64,000 bases of DNA from Adineta vaga (GCA_021613535.1 CP075497.1:3410001-3474000); one strand, 5' to 3'. Numbered from the stretch's first letter, positions 26,654-40,037 are shown. Numbers and translations are program-made. Notes: generated by a model from the sequence alone, not told the origin.

Positions 26654-29600
26654 TCACATAATTGAGCAGTTTGTTGAAACCATTTCTATTTCTTCATCTT
26701 GTTTCGATACTTCCTTTCTATTCGTCATTGTTTCATCATCATCATCAACAACATTATTTTCTTGTTTACTCTCGTCTATTTCTCGAATATTTTCCGTTTG
26801 AGATTTTATTACTGTTGATTCTTGTTGACTATATCGATGTGAATGACGTTTACCAGATGAAATACGACGAGCGCTATCAACAGTAGGTACTTTAAGTGAA
26901 GGTGGTGGCAGCTCATTGTTTGCAACTAGAAAAGTAAAGAAACAATAATCATAAAATCAATAGAAAACTATCAGAATACTTCGTGCATTTATTTTCGTCA
27001 ATGCTTTCATAATTTCACTCTTTTCTTCCGCTTGTGGACGACTATAACCACCTGTAACTGAACCAGTAACAAGTGTAACACGTGGTTGTTTTTGATGTGC
27101 TTCACATAGCCATAAAACTTTGCCTGATGGAATTAAACATTGTTTTAAACCGGTCAATTTCTCATCAGAATCACAATTCATAATCCATCGCCGTAGATAT
27201 TCATACGAATCTTTTACTTCCATATTCATCGAAGCGGCTACCTATTTGTTACAGAGAAAAAAAGAGAAATCAATTATTAATTTCTTGAATAAATGCATCT
27301 TTTACTTCAGTAAGCTTTTGTAATTCTGTTTCACCTTCATCAGTTGTTAACATTTCTAATGATAAATCACTTTGTTTTAAAAGAAGCATAATACGTGTTA
27401 AATATGCAGAACTATTGTTTAATATAAGTTTATCCGTAATTTCAAATGGATTACCAGCTGCATGCCAATTTTCTTCATTTTCACAAAGTGCACGTATGCA
27501 TAATTTTTTTACTTTTTCTGGAGGCATTTCTTCCGTTTGATTTTGTCTCTGTGCATTGCGAGCTTCTTCATCTCGTTGTCGTTCAGCTTCGAGATCTCGT
27601 GCATGATCTTGTACATCTTGTGTTTGACGTTGAGCAGACATTTGAGCGGCCATTTCTAAACGAACTAATTCTTGACCAGATTTTTCTTTTTCACCAATAA
27701 AATCCAATGCAAATAAACGAGGATATGATCGAGCTGTCATTGCTTCAGCAAAACCAGCTATTAATCGAAGAAATTTACGTTGAGTCAATTCAAATAATTC
27801 CTAAAAGATCATTTCATAGACTAAATTGATATTGAATGATTTACAAACTTGATAAGCTGCTGTTGTTTGCTCTGTAGATTCTGCTGTTGTGTGCGTATTA
27901 GATGATATTTCTTTGATTGAAGTATTCTGTTTTGGTAAATGATTTTGAATATGAAGATAAATATCTTCAAAAGCAGTTGGATTTTCAAATTGAAAATTAA
28001 CTTGTGGACAAGCCAAACTACACATGCCAACTTCAGTGGTTCGCCATTTATCTCCATTACCAAATACAGCGAGTATGACAGGTAATCGAAGTGTATTTTT
28101 AGCAAATAAAAATTCATTTCGACAAACTTCACTTTGAGTATATTCATCAGAAACACATGCAATAACAAGTTTAGTATTTTTTAAACCCTTGAAAAGAATA
28201 ACTAACGAAATTTTACGAAGAATAAAAGCAAATTTTCATACATGAACAATATCATGAAGTACACCAGATTTGCCTAAACGAGTAATATCCATCCAAACAT
28301 TCATATTACGTCCTTCAAGATAATCCTATTCACAAACACACACAAAATGATCTCTTTCAGAACAAAAAAAACTGTTCTACCTTCATTGATCGAGGATCTG
28401 CCCAACCAATTGAAGTAGCCGTTGGTTTTGTACCTGAAAAGAAAATGTCAATCATTCGAACAAAGAAATCATTTGTATACCTTTATTAACAGCATCATGT
28501 GAATTTGACCAACAATAACTAATAAATACATCAGTTGGTTGATCACGTGAATTTTGTTTACTTTTCTTATCTCCATTTTCTTGTTCAATTAGATCAACCA
28601 ATTCAATAATTCGATTATCATATCGTTTAAGATTTTGCATATTAACATAGAGTTTATCTTGTAAAGCAACACCAATATCACTTTCTTTCCATTTCGAATC
28701 TGTTCCAAATAAAAGTGGAATAATTGGTTTACGTAAAATACTTAGAATTGTTTGTAAAGCATCATAAAGATTTTTATTTTCAAAATTTTGAATTAATTCT
28801 GTTGAAATACCAAATAGAATGAGTTTTGCTTCTTTAACAATTAAATAATGATTTTCAATTTTGAAATCTTTCATTGAATCAGGTGTCCAAATTTTCAAGC
28901 CACGTTCTAAAAGAATAGGTTTTTCTTCTCTTAAAATGAATAATTAGATAATGTCAATATACTTGTAAGATCATCTTTAACTTTTCTTGGATCAACTTTA
29001 GATTCAATTTCTGCTATTGTTGGAATATGTTCAGCTGGATAGAGATACACAACATCAACTGCCACATTTTGTTTGTAAGATTTGAGATCACGTACTGAAT
29101 ATTCCAAATGTAGATCATAATTACTTTTACTATCTGGTGGAATCAATGCTTGTACTAACGAAACAAGACAGGCAGAGAGAGAGAGAGAGAGGAGTGAATG
29201 AATTAGTGTATAGAACAATCTTACAATCAGTAACAGATGCAACATGAAAAAATCGATGACATTGAATAGATGGTGATTTAAGTTCAATTGCGCGGTTGAT
29301 TAATGAAGAAGAAAACTGCCATGGTTCATTGGTACCCTGATTGAAAAAAAAAGAGGAAATATTCAATTCGAAATGATATTTTCAAGAAATGCATACAAGT
29401 TCAACACAATCTGGACATGGGAAAGCAATATCATATGTTACACCAAAAAAGGATTCATTAACGAGACCTTCAAATACTTCATGAATTAAGAAAAGTATAT
29501 TATCTGGTCGAACACCTTGTATTTTAATAACGATATGTCGATCTATGAAAATAAGAACAAACATCAATCGAAAAATAAATTTATTCAAATGTCAAACAAA

Positions 29601-32600
29601 CCATCTTCACGAATAATAACTGCTCGATGATTATTTTTAACTAATAATGATCCATACCGCCAAATGGTTGATTTATCTGAAAATTGAAAGAGACGAACTT
29701 GTGCACGATTGAATAAACCCGCTACAATGAGAAAAGAAACGACGTTATTCCATTGAACATACAGATCAGAATAGATTTACCTGGTAAATAATTAAATGTA
29801 TATGCTACTTTCATTTCTTGAATTTCAGAATCATTATTATCTTCATTCCATGTATACTATAAACGATGAAAATAGTCATAAACGATAAGTAAAATGAATT
29901 TATATAGAGAACATACTTCAGGTTCTTCTTCTGGTAATAAACATGGTACTAAATTCATATTTTGATCAGGCACAGGAAATGTTAAATCAAATGCTTCCGT
30001 TAATTTCAAAATCCATGGATGTAAATCTGATTGATAATCTTTCCAAATAATTCCAATATCCGAATGATACAATCGTCCATCTTTTACAGGACTATCTTTG
30101 ATACTAACAATACAGGCCATTACATTAACAATCCATTGTGGATTGATAACAACATAATTTTTTAAATGTTCCGATGAAAAATATTGTAACGAACCAAGAT
30201 CATGTAAAAATTGAATTGCTTGTAAAACTTCATCGGGTTCGAATATTCCAGCATCATGAGCAATCTCTGCTGCTGTTTTATATTCGAGTATATCATCAGA
30301 TCGTGTTGTAATTAATTCTTCAAATTTTAACCATGCTTTTGGAATCTGTTCATCCATATAAGGTAATGCTAATGTTGTTCGTATAATATTTTCAATAAGA
30401 TCACTAACATTTTCACCTGTATATGTACTAACATTATAAAATTCAGCTATTTGAGGATAACGTCGTTTAAGATCATCCTGACGTAAATCAATACGAGAGA
30501 CTTGATCCATATGAGTACCAACAACAAAAATAGGTGCATTTGGTGCATGACAACAGATAGATGAGAGCCAAAAATCCAATCCAGCATGTTCAGCACCGAG
30601 ACGAATATTCCATGCTAAGACATAAACAGCTTTCTTTGCCAAAAAGAACTAAATGTACAAAATGAAAAGTACACATTCATTCCAACAGAAACTAATTTCA
30701 TCTATATATCTATATGTATATCTTACCTGATGAGTATGATAATAAACAGATTGCCCAGCAAAATCCCAAACACTAAATTCGAGTACATCATTCTGTTCAC
30801 TCAATGGTACTTTCCATTTGACAATATCAATACCATCGGTTACTGCCGGTGCAGAATTCGAATGTGATTCAAGAAAAGCACGGACAAGACTTGTTTTTCC
30901 TGCACCTCCAAGACCAACTAACATAAGTTTTGTTCGTTTACATGCTGTCGAACCACTAATCAATCGTACTAAAAATGCCATTGTCTGTGTAAAACCACGT
31001 CGTGTAATTTCTGCCGGTGGTGTTTTTAATGATACACATCCTGTTAAATTCAATTCTTTTAATGGTAATAATCCAACTTCTGCACTGATAGTTTCTAATT
31101 CAATACAATGATTTAGATTAAGTATCGAGAGATATCGAAGAGTTTTTATTGCATCAGGTACAGTTTTAATTGCTTGATATTCAAGAGTTAATGAAGTTAA
31201 ATTTTCCAATTGAAAAATTGCTAATGGAAATCCTGATGTATCAGTAAGAAAGGATTCTTGTTTAAAAATATCAGATTCATCGATAGTCGATGGTTCAACA
31301 GATGATCGACCAGAACTTGGCTAAACAAAGACAAAACAAATGACATAAGATGAAAACAAAATTTGATCTTACTATTTTTGTTTGTGTTGATCTTAAACGT
31401 GGAAGATAACGATAGATATGTGCATTCATAAGATTAATTTCTGAATAAGATAAAACTCCATTCGAATCTTCATCATACATTTGATAAATTTGTCTTAATT
31501 CATCTTTGCTTAGAAATTGTATAAATTTTTTAACAAATGAATCATATTGAACAACTTCATTGACACTCATACCATTCACACCCCACCAAGGAACACCATT
31601 TAATACTAAATTTGTCAATTTCGAACGTGCATCTATTCCTAATGTGGATGGTAATGTTGTGAAAATACTATCGGTAATCATTAAAGTTTTTAATTCTGAT
31701 GAAAATCTTGATTTCAGATTGATTTCATTTAATTGACCTAGTTCATTTAATATCACTGATTGCAAAGATCGTGACATGAAAAGGTCAATTGGTAAACTTT
31801 CCAATGGATTTTGACTTAATTTAATATGCAATAATTTCTTTAAAGAACGAAATTCAAGATCAACTGATGTTAAATCATTATTTTCTAATGAAAGAAATTT
31901 TAAATATTTCAATGTATCTATATTTTTATGAGTTAATTGAAATCGATCAATAATAACACTATCAATACAAATAAATTCTAATGCATTAAATTTTAAGAAA
32001 AAATCATCATTTAATATTAAACGATATTGCATTGCATTCTTTTCTGGTTTTCTAAATTCAAAAAAGAATATACTTGGTGCATATACACCAATAAGATTTA
32101 TACGCTGTTGAAAAGGTGTATCTGATGTTTTTGTTTTACTTTCATCATCACGAAAGAAACCACAATAATAACATTCACCATATTTACCAAAATCAAATTG
32201 TTCTGTTTTGGGAAGATTTATGTCAGAGAAATTTACTGAATTAAGACTTTTCTTAAAAGCTACATATAATTCTTGATCATTATAAGAGATATGAAATAAT
32301 TCTGGATTTGCTTCGGATATTTCAGTTCCATAACGTTGTATATAGAAATCTGTACATTTCATACATGTTATATAGGCACTTAATTCTAACCAAGAACGTA
32401 TATAATATTCAATATGTTGTTTCGTTAAAATATCATTCTTATCGGAAAGTAATTTTGATATCGAAGGAGCTATTGGATGTTTCTAAATCAGAATAAATAG
32501 AAATCAGAAGTAAAATTATTTTAGTATTTTATTAAAATTTACTTGATTACGAGCTAGATCAATTGCAGTCATCATACAGCATGAAATAATTGACATATCC

Positions 32601-35600
32601 AGTTCTGATTTCTTTGTAGGATTACCTATTGTATCCAATAAATGAGCACCAGATACAATAGTAGTTCCATCTATCGGTGAATAGCCTAAGACAAAAACAA
32701 AGATTATAGAATTACAAAAGGAAATCACTTGATTTTACATCGATGATTGCATGTCAAATGAAGAATAACATTAGAGATATCTTGAAATTGTGTTAAACAT
32801 GGATATTTTAATATAGAAGTTTTGAATGGTGTTGGTAGCATAACTAAACCTGGACTTGAGAATGCAGTTACACTCGTTCCTGTCATTCGATGTTCAAAAA
32901 GAATTGGATTAGTTATTTCATTTTGAATGATTGTATTCATTTTTTGATATTTAACACGAACATTATAATAATGTCGACATGACAGACGAGTAAATTCACT
33001 TTTTGTTATACCATGAGGATAATAATCTATTGTCATACCTTCAGTTTGTAACTAAACAATCAAAAGAAGAATATTCATTTCTCTCAATGGTAAATTAGAC
33101 TATTTCTTACATAGTTAAAACATTCATAAGGGATTGGTTCTTCATTTTTTTCTGTCAAATAATTTCGCCAGCTAAATGGACCATTATAAGCTAAAATAAA
33201 CGATCAATTACTTGAATATAGAACACAATTTTGTTCATAATTACATTTTGGTTTATCAAAACGATTGAATGTTAAATGTGGATTCGCTTTGTTCGTATTG
33301 ATATTATTATATGTAACTCGTTGGATATATTCCCAATAACCGCATGGATGAAGATCAGAATGATCAGTTTCGACAGTATAATCATACGTTGACGTCCATC
33401 CATCGAAATTAATTCGTATACGATTATCTTCATAAACCTCAACTAAAAAAAGTTTTGTGCAAAACTATTGAAGATTGAAAAAACAATCACGTACTAATAT
33501 TTGCAACAGCTAAAATACTTGGATTTTTTCGATCTTTAGCTTCGAGACGCATGCCAACTTTCCATGGAGTATCCGGTTTATCTGGTACAAGCTTCGGACT
33601 AGTTAATGCAGGATTCAGAACAAAAGCCGTATCCTATGATGAATAGCAAGTGAATTTCATATGAAATTATCGAATACTAAAGAAAACTAACAAGTTTTGT
33701 TTTATAATGATGAACAATTAATTTCATATTTCGATTAACATTATCAATTCCTGGACTTTGAATAAATGGTTGAAACATTGCTTTGTTAGTTCTACGTTTT
33801 ATTATTTTGCGAGACCATGGAATATCATCGATAGAAAACACTACTTCATATATATTCTAATTAAAAGAAAACATGTTCATGTATTCAATAGAAAAAAACA
33901 AAATTGATCAATTACTGGTTTATGAGTATAGAGAATATCTATACGTAATCGTAAACCATTGTAAAATTCTTGTAAATCATTCTTTTCTTTTGCCTTTGCT
34001 TTGGAACGTTTTAAACCTTCAAGACCACCAAAACTACGAATATCATCCAGATACGATCTTGTCTAAGAATTCAAAAATAATCTTTCGTAATAAAAAGAAA
34101 AAATCATTCATTAAAAAAGTGACATACTGTTTCTGTTAGTGCCGTTGAAGCCATTATTTTATCTTTCTTACGTTCATCAACACGAGCAACACCATATTCA
34201 AAAAGAATTTTCTCATCTTCTTTTACATGAAAATTATTCCTAAGAATAGAGTTTTCAAATGAAGAACAAAAAAAAACAATACGTAATTTCAAACTTACAT
34301 CAAACATCCAATTTGAATTGAGGACAGTATCGGTTCTTCTGAATGTGTTGATTCATCATCCATATTAAGAAATATAACTTCAAACGAATTACAACCATCT
34401 GGTCGCATACAATGTTTACCCGTATAAGATAGTAATTTTCTCTCAAGTAAAAGTGTAATAAAACTCGATTGATCTTTTTCAGATTTCTCATCTTTTGTTG
34501 TATCACGTGCAGGTGATAAATTCATACAAGCATTCTAAAAATGGAAACTTTAATTCAAATCGAATTTTATCAAACAAAACTTTACATAGAGAGATTTATT
34601 TGCTGAAGGACGAATACCACATACAGAACAAACCGTTGACAATGTGGGAGCTGGTGAATAATGATATAGAGCTAAATGTTGCCATTGAGAATGCATCATT
34701 TCATTTCCTTAAATTAATTTTTATCATAATCGATTTTTTAAATCATTCATTTTACTTACCAACGATTGCTTCGAAAGGTTCAGAAACTGTCCTATTGACT
34801 ACTTCAATCTATATGAAGAAAACCATATTGATATTAACCAAACACAAGTTTCTAGAATTCACTTTAAAAGCATAATCAAGTTTGAATAAATATGCCCAGA
34901 TAATCACATAGTATTCTCGTACAAGATATTCAAATGCTTCTTTAATGACATTTTTCGATGTGTCTGTCGTATCTGTCGATAATAAATCAAGTGTCCGAAA
35001 AGTAACTTTGATATCTAAAAAATTCATTCAATTTGAAGAATAATATTTATAAAAGAGACAATTTCGCCTTACTTGTTGTTTGATTAACTTTATGTTGATA
35101 TTCTACTAAAATCTCTATCGCACCTTCTTGAATTAAAAGAAAATTTTGTGAAGTAAGTAATAATTTCTGTGAAGGAAATAATTTATATAATTGAAATAGA
35201 ATCGATGCATCACATGGATGTAATAAATGAAAATTAATAATATATTCACGTTCATCATTTGACCATGATTCCGACCAAATTTGATTCTAAAATATAACGC
35301 AAAAAAAGATTTGTTTATTTAATTCATTTTTTAACAAGAATATTTACTAAAGGAACAGCTGATACGGATGAAATTGAATTGAATAAAACAAAAATTTGAT
35401 TATCATGTTGATCATCTGTATTGACTGCATAAGCAATATTCCATGCACCGAATAACCATTGAAAGAATTGCATCTAAAAATGTTTTAGAAAGAAAAGCAA
35501 TGATGAAATCAGATTGACTTACTTCATCTTGATTGATTGTAAATTTTTTAAAATCTTGTTTTGTAACAATATGAATCTCTTTTCCAAGTGTAGATCTAAT

Positions 35601-37697
35601 TTGATCGAAAATTTGTTCAGTTTTTTTATGTGAACGTGTTTCAATGTTAATAAAATTATTAATTATCCGACAAAACCATTCAATATCCGTAACAAAATAG
35701 GATTGTCCATTTGTCGTAGAATGAATATCAAGAACTTTATCCTTTGGAGAAAAAAGAACAACAGATTCATTATTCATTTTGTCTTTTTCATCTCTTTCAC
35801 TTACAGTTATTAATTTATGTCGAAAATACAATTTTGAGAGTTTGGTTGAATTATAGATCGTCGTTTCTTCATTATTTGTTTTTGCTTTTGTTATTAATTC
35901 TTCTACAAGCTTCAGAATTGGTTCATTGGTTTTCAATACTTTCTCTCCAGAATTATTATCAATACTAAATGTATACAATGAATTACAATGTTTAACAGCA
36001 TCTTTTACGATATGATTTGATAGAAACGATGGATCCTACAAATCAGAAACATTTGATTAGAAAACCAAGATGAAATTATCGAAATGAAACCTTTTGTTTC
36101 AAGGGTAAACATTGATCTTTGTGTATTTTCTTGATTAACATATCACATTTGCTTTGAACATGTAATAAACTACTAAGATAATGATTTCGTCGATAATCAT
36201 CATTTTCCGATCTGAAGAAATATAGAAAAACAAAATTTTTCCTCAAATTGAATATCTCATCAAATTTCTTACACATTTGTAATATCATTATCAATATATT
36301 GAGTATAAAGATCATGCGCAGATTTTGAAATATGTTTCAATTGTGAATGTATGGTTGATAGAAATTGATCGATAGAATCTTCACTATCAATAATCAATCG
36401 AATTTGTTGATTCTAGTATGAAATACTGAAGTATTGACAAGTTGCTGTTGATCTTATCTACTTACTAGAATTGTGAATGATATATTACAATCGACAGAAA
36501 ATAAACATTTAAGAAAATCATCAACATTTGAAACAACGATATAGATGATTTGTGGATGAAAGGATGTACTTAATTCTTTGAATAGAATAGACTTAAAGAA
36601 AAAAAAATGAATAATAAGATTAGAGAAAACAAAATAAATTTGTTAAATTTACATTTATACATTCGAGAAATGCTACTTGACATTGATCGTATGTTGATGA
36701 GAGATAATTGACTACCATAGGAGGATTTTCTTTTGATTTTTGAATTTGATTTATTATCATTTGTTGCGATGAAAGAATCGAATTTTGTTCAGATGTCGCA
36801 TGATAAATCAATACTTTAACGATGGATGTTTTCGTACTCTATGATTTGATACAATACAGTTTAAAATTCACATCTAATTAAAAAATCTTACTTGTCCAAA
36901 GAATTTTTCAAGTTTAGTGATTGTTTCTTTAGTTAAATCTTTCTTATTATTGATTATATTACGAGCATGAAGTAATAATTCTACATCCTGAATATAAATA
37001 ATACTAAATCGAGTAGAAATTCGTAAATGCAAATCTTACCACTTTAATTCGTTGTACTTTGTGTTTGTCAACTATTGTTTGAATATAATTTAAACCATAT
37101 GGTGTAATATGAGGGCATGCACGAAATCGAATTGTATCTAAAAGTGGCCATTCTAGTTGACTTAATTCATAAAGATGAACATCGGTTAATAATACACTTG
37201 CGTCACATATGAGTTTTCCACTTGTTTTTGCGTATTCATTGAATATAGTCTATACGAATAAAATAAGTGATTGTCTGCAAGCTTTATAAACTTACTCTGA
37301 AATTTTTCATGGAAAATGAATCTTGAAAAGTATCGTTGAGATTATGCGTCCTTGAGATAGGCGGTAGAGGAAGCTGTGGAATAGCAAAATTATCCATAAA
37401 ATTTTCTTCTTCGTATGCTTGAGATTGATATTCTTGTGGAATAGCAAATTTTGTCTGAGCTATTTGTTGCATAACACGTTTGTTTGGTAATGATTGAGTT
37501 TGCATTTGTGGCGGAGGAGGTGGTATTTTAAAATCTTTTTTTAATTTTTGCACAACTTTAGTCGGTGGTCCTTTCTTCGAAGGAATTTCTGTTTCTTCCA
37601 TTTCAAGCACATCATGATCGTCTTCTTCCGTTGGTTCTTCTGTTGGTTCATAATATTTCTTTGGATTCGCTTGCTTTTTCGAAAGCTTTTTACTCAT
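26654..37697 (-). CDS. Giant kinase-less Roco-family protein: LRR-like / degenerate Roc-COR / MBT / LRR / EF-hand / LRR / Roc GTPase / COR / TIR-like x2 / CaaX
   Basis: Roc motifs LMLVGLGGAGKTSL, VTDGIDI, FSVWDFAGQSVYYHTHQFF and VVGTHMD; COR LHDLGSLQYF..VVINPQWIV; TIR DVFISYCW; MBT WKVGMRLEAKDRKNP..INFDGW; C-terminus CSIM*. I did not check every junction in 32.4-36.8 kb, so a split into two genes is not excluded. Confidence 0.8.
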
Positions 37698-37800
37698 AAT
37701 TACGAAATCAAATGATTTTATTCGAGTAGATAGATCAGTTGTAAGACCACGACGTTTATTCTTATTATTTCATCGACATTTGTTGACACACATAGAAAAA

Positions 37801-37822
37801 TTGACATGGTGACAATGGTAAC
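37801..37822. promoter_or_regulatory. Overlapping RFX X-box-like motifs (TTGACATGGTGAC / GTGACAATGGTAAC)
   Basis: Close match to GTNRCN(0-3)RGYAAC, ~110 nt upstream of the Roco ATG at 37697. Confidence 0.5.
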
Positions 37823-38111
37823 GACAATAACATAACAGAACACGATGAATTTTATTTGTCGTTCTTCACTCATGTCTTACATATTTTCTTCTTTTTAAAT
37901 GCAATTTTTAGAGCATAATAGTGTTTCCTCTTATTTATTTTTACCAGAATACTACAAACGACGATGGTTTCTTTTGTTTTTTTTATAAACTTTGTCATGA
38001 CCCACTTCCAAGTCACTCTTACACAAAGCGTTGCTAAGATGTTTCTTTCGATAAAGAGAAGTGCGTTGTAGAACACAAAATGCAAGAAATAAAAGAAAAA
38101 TATAATGACAT

Positions 38112-39453
38112 TTATTTTCGATCTAATATATCAATAATTTGTTGAATGTGTTCATCGCTAAGTTTATAAACAACAGCTTTGTTTTTGAGTGAACAACGAC
38201 TCATTTTAGCGACTGATATTAATGGATAAAATAGCTTCATTGTTTGCGTTTTGGGATCAAAATCAATCAATTGTAAATGACGAAAATTCGATGAACGTAA
38301 TCGATTCCATCGTTTGTATGCCTTTAAATTATCAGATAGGAATTAGAATGAATTTTAGTTTAGGAAAAAAAAACGATTCTTACAACACAATATTTCGTAT
38401 GATCTATATCAGGAATCCAAAAGACAACAATATGTATATTGAATCGAGCCAAGGTCACTTCGAAATCCTCAAGAAAAACAAGAAAAATTCAAAACTTTTA
38501 ATAGATGTTTTCATTACCCCAATTTTTGCTTCACCAAAATCACCAATGACAGAATTATACAATACAAGATTACGGTTTCGAAACCATTGAGGATACCGAT
38601 TAATAGTACGTACAGTTGTTGCTGCTCCACCTATTTATCAATTCATATTCTATTAGATGTCAAAAGTCTTTTGAACTTACCACATTGAGCAATAACATAA
38701 ACGGAATGTTGAAGATGAAAACTTGAGAGAACAGCAATAAATATTTCAGGACCATATCGTTTCCAACTTGTTTGATCTAATGTTCGACCACTTGATCGAC
38801 CAAAGCCAGGCAAATCAATAAAGATTGTAGAATATCGACCTCGTTGATCCAATGGATAAGCTAGCTTAATCCAACTATCGTGTATTTATAAATAATAATA
38901 AAAAGAAAAAAATAGAAAGAAAAATTTTACTTAGCCCAATTGCGACCTGCACCAAAACCGTGAAGAAAAAGTATGGTCGGTTGATTTTCTCTATTCAAAA
39001 CTAAAATTAAACAGATTTGCAGACAAGATCGTGATTTAACAAACTTTAAAGCATAATTGCCATTAACTGTAAATAGAAGATTATTAACTTTAATTGAAAT
39101 TGTTGTACTATGCATATTTTCAAGTAACCATGCACGTTCAGTTTCTTCTTCGAAAATAACTTGAGAATTGAATAAGTCAGTGGCTTGTGATGACAAAGTA
39201 TTTCGATCTCGTCGTTCAAATAATACATTTGACACTGTAATTCATTTCGATAAGAAAAATTTGAACCAACAAGTAGACGAGAAAACTTACATAATGTTCG
39301 AGAAGAATCTAGTGGATCTAAATAAGCTGATTCTTCTAATTCGAATTCATTCGATGTTTGAACACGTGCTGGAGAATATTTCCGTTTTGGACTTTTTGAT
39401 GCATGTCGAGTAATACTTCTACTCTTGTTCTTAGATTGCACAGGGCTTGTCAT
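38112..39453 (-). CDS. Alpha/beta-hydrolase fold protein, multi-exon
   Basis: Motifs TILFLHGFGAG and IFIDLPGFGRS; the spliced nucleophile-elbow region reads VIAQCGGAA. Confidence 0.8.
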
Positions 39454-40037
39454 TTTGACACTTCAATATTCATCAATGCAATGTTATTATATATCTCTTC
39501 ATCCTTATCTCGAACAACTAAAAACCATCATCTCCATCTATTCTTTTCGAAGATTTTGTTGCTTTGAAGTTTTTACTGATCTCTTATCACATTAGAAAAA
39601 CAAAAGAAATACATTTTGAGTAAATATATATAGTCATCTTATAACTATTACTTTATTTGATCATATGAAGTATAAAGATAACGAATAATAGTATATCGCT
39701 GAAGTTTCGATCGATCTTTGGATTAAGAAAAAAACATTCGTATTTATCATAAAGATTTCAATGTATGGTCATTTTAACAAAACATAATCTTCACTGAAAA
39801 TAACACACTAGTTGTTGTATGTTGTAATCAGTATTTAGATATATTTACTTTTATTCGAAATAAATAACTACAATGTTTTTTCTTCATCATAGCTTATGAA
39901 GTTAAGTAATTATTGCAATATCATTGTGCATACTAAAAGAAACATCTATCTTTTGGGTAGTTTATTTAGAAGTTTATAGTAGCAGCAAATGTACAGCATG
40001 AATAATTAGTTCAAGTTTCAGAATAAATATATGAAAA

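Noticed and set aside
26654-31209. Calling the Roco gene LRRK2/LRRK1
   Set aside because: No kinase or WD40 domain follows COR; TIR-like domains and CaaX follow instead.
38222-38590. 122-aa plus-strand ORF
   Set aside because: It is antisense to exons and introns of the alpha/beta hydrolase and has no recognisable motif.
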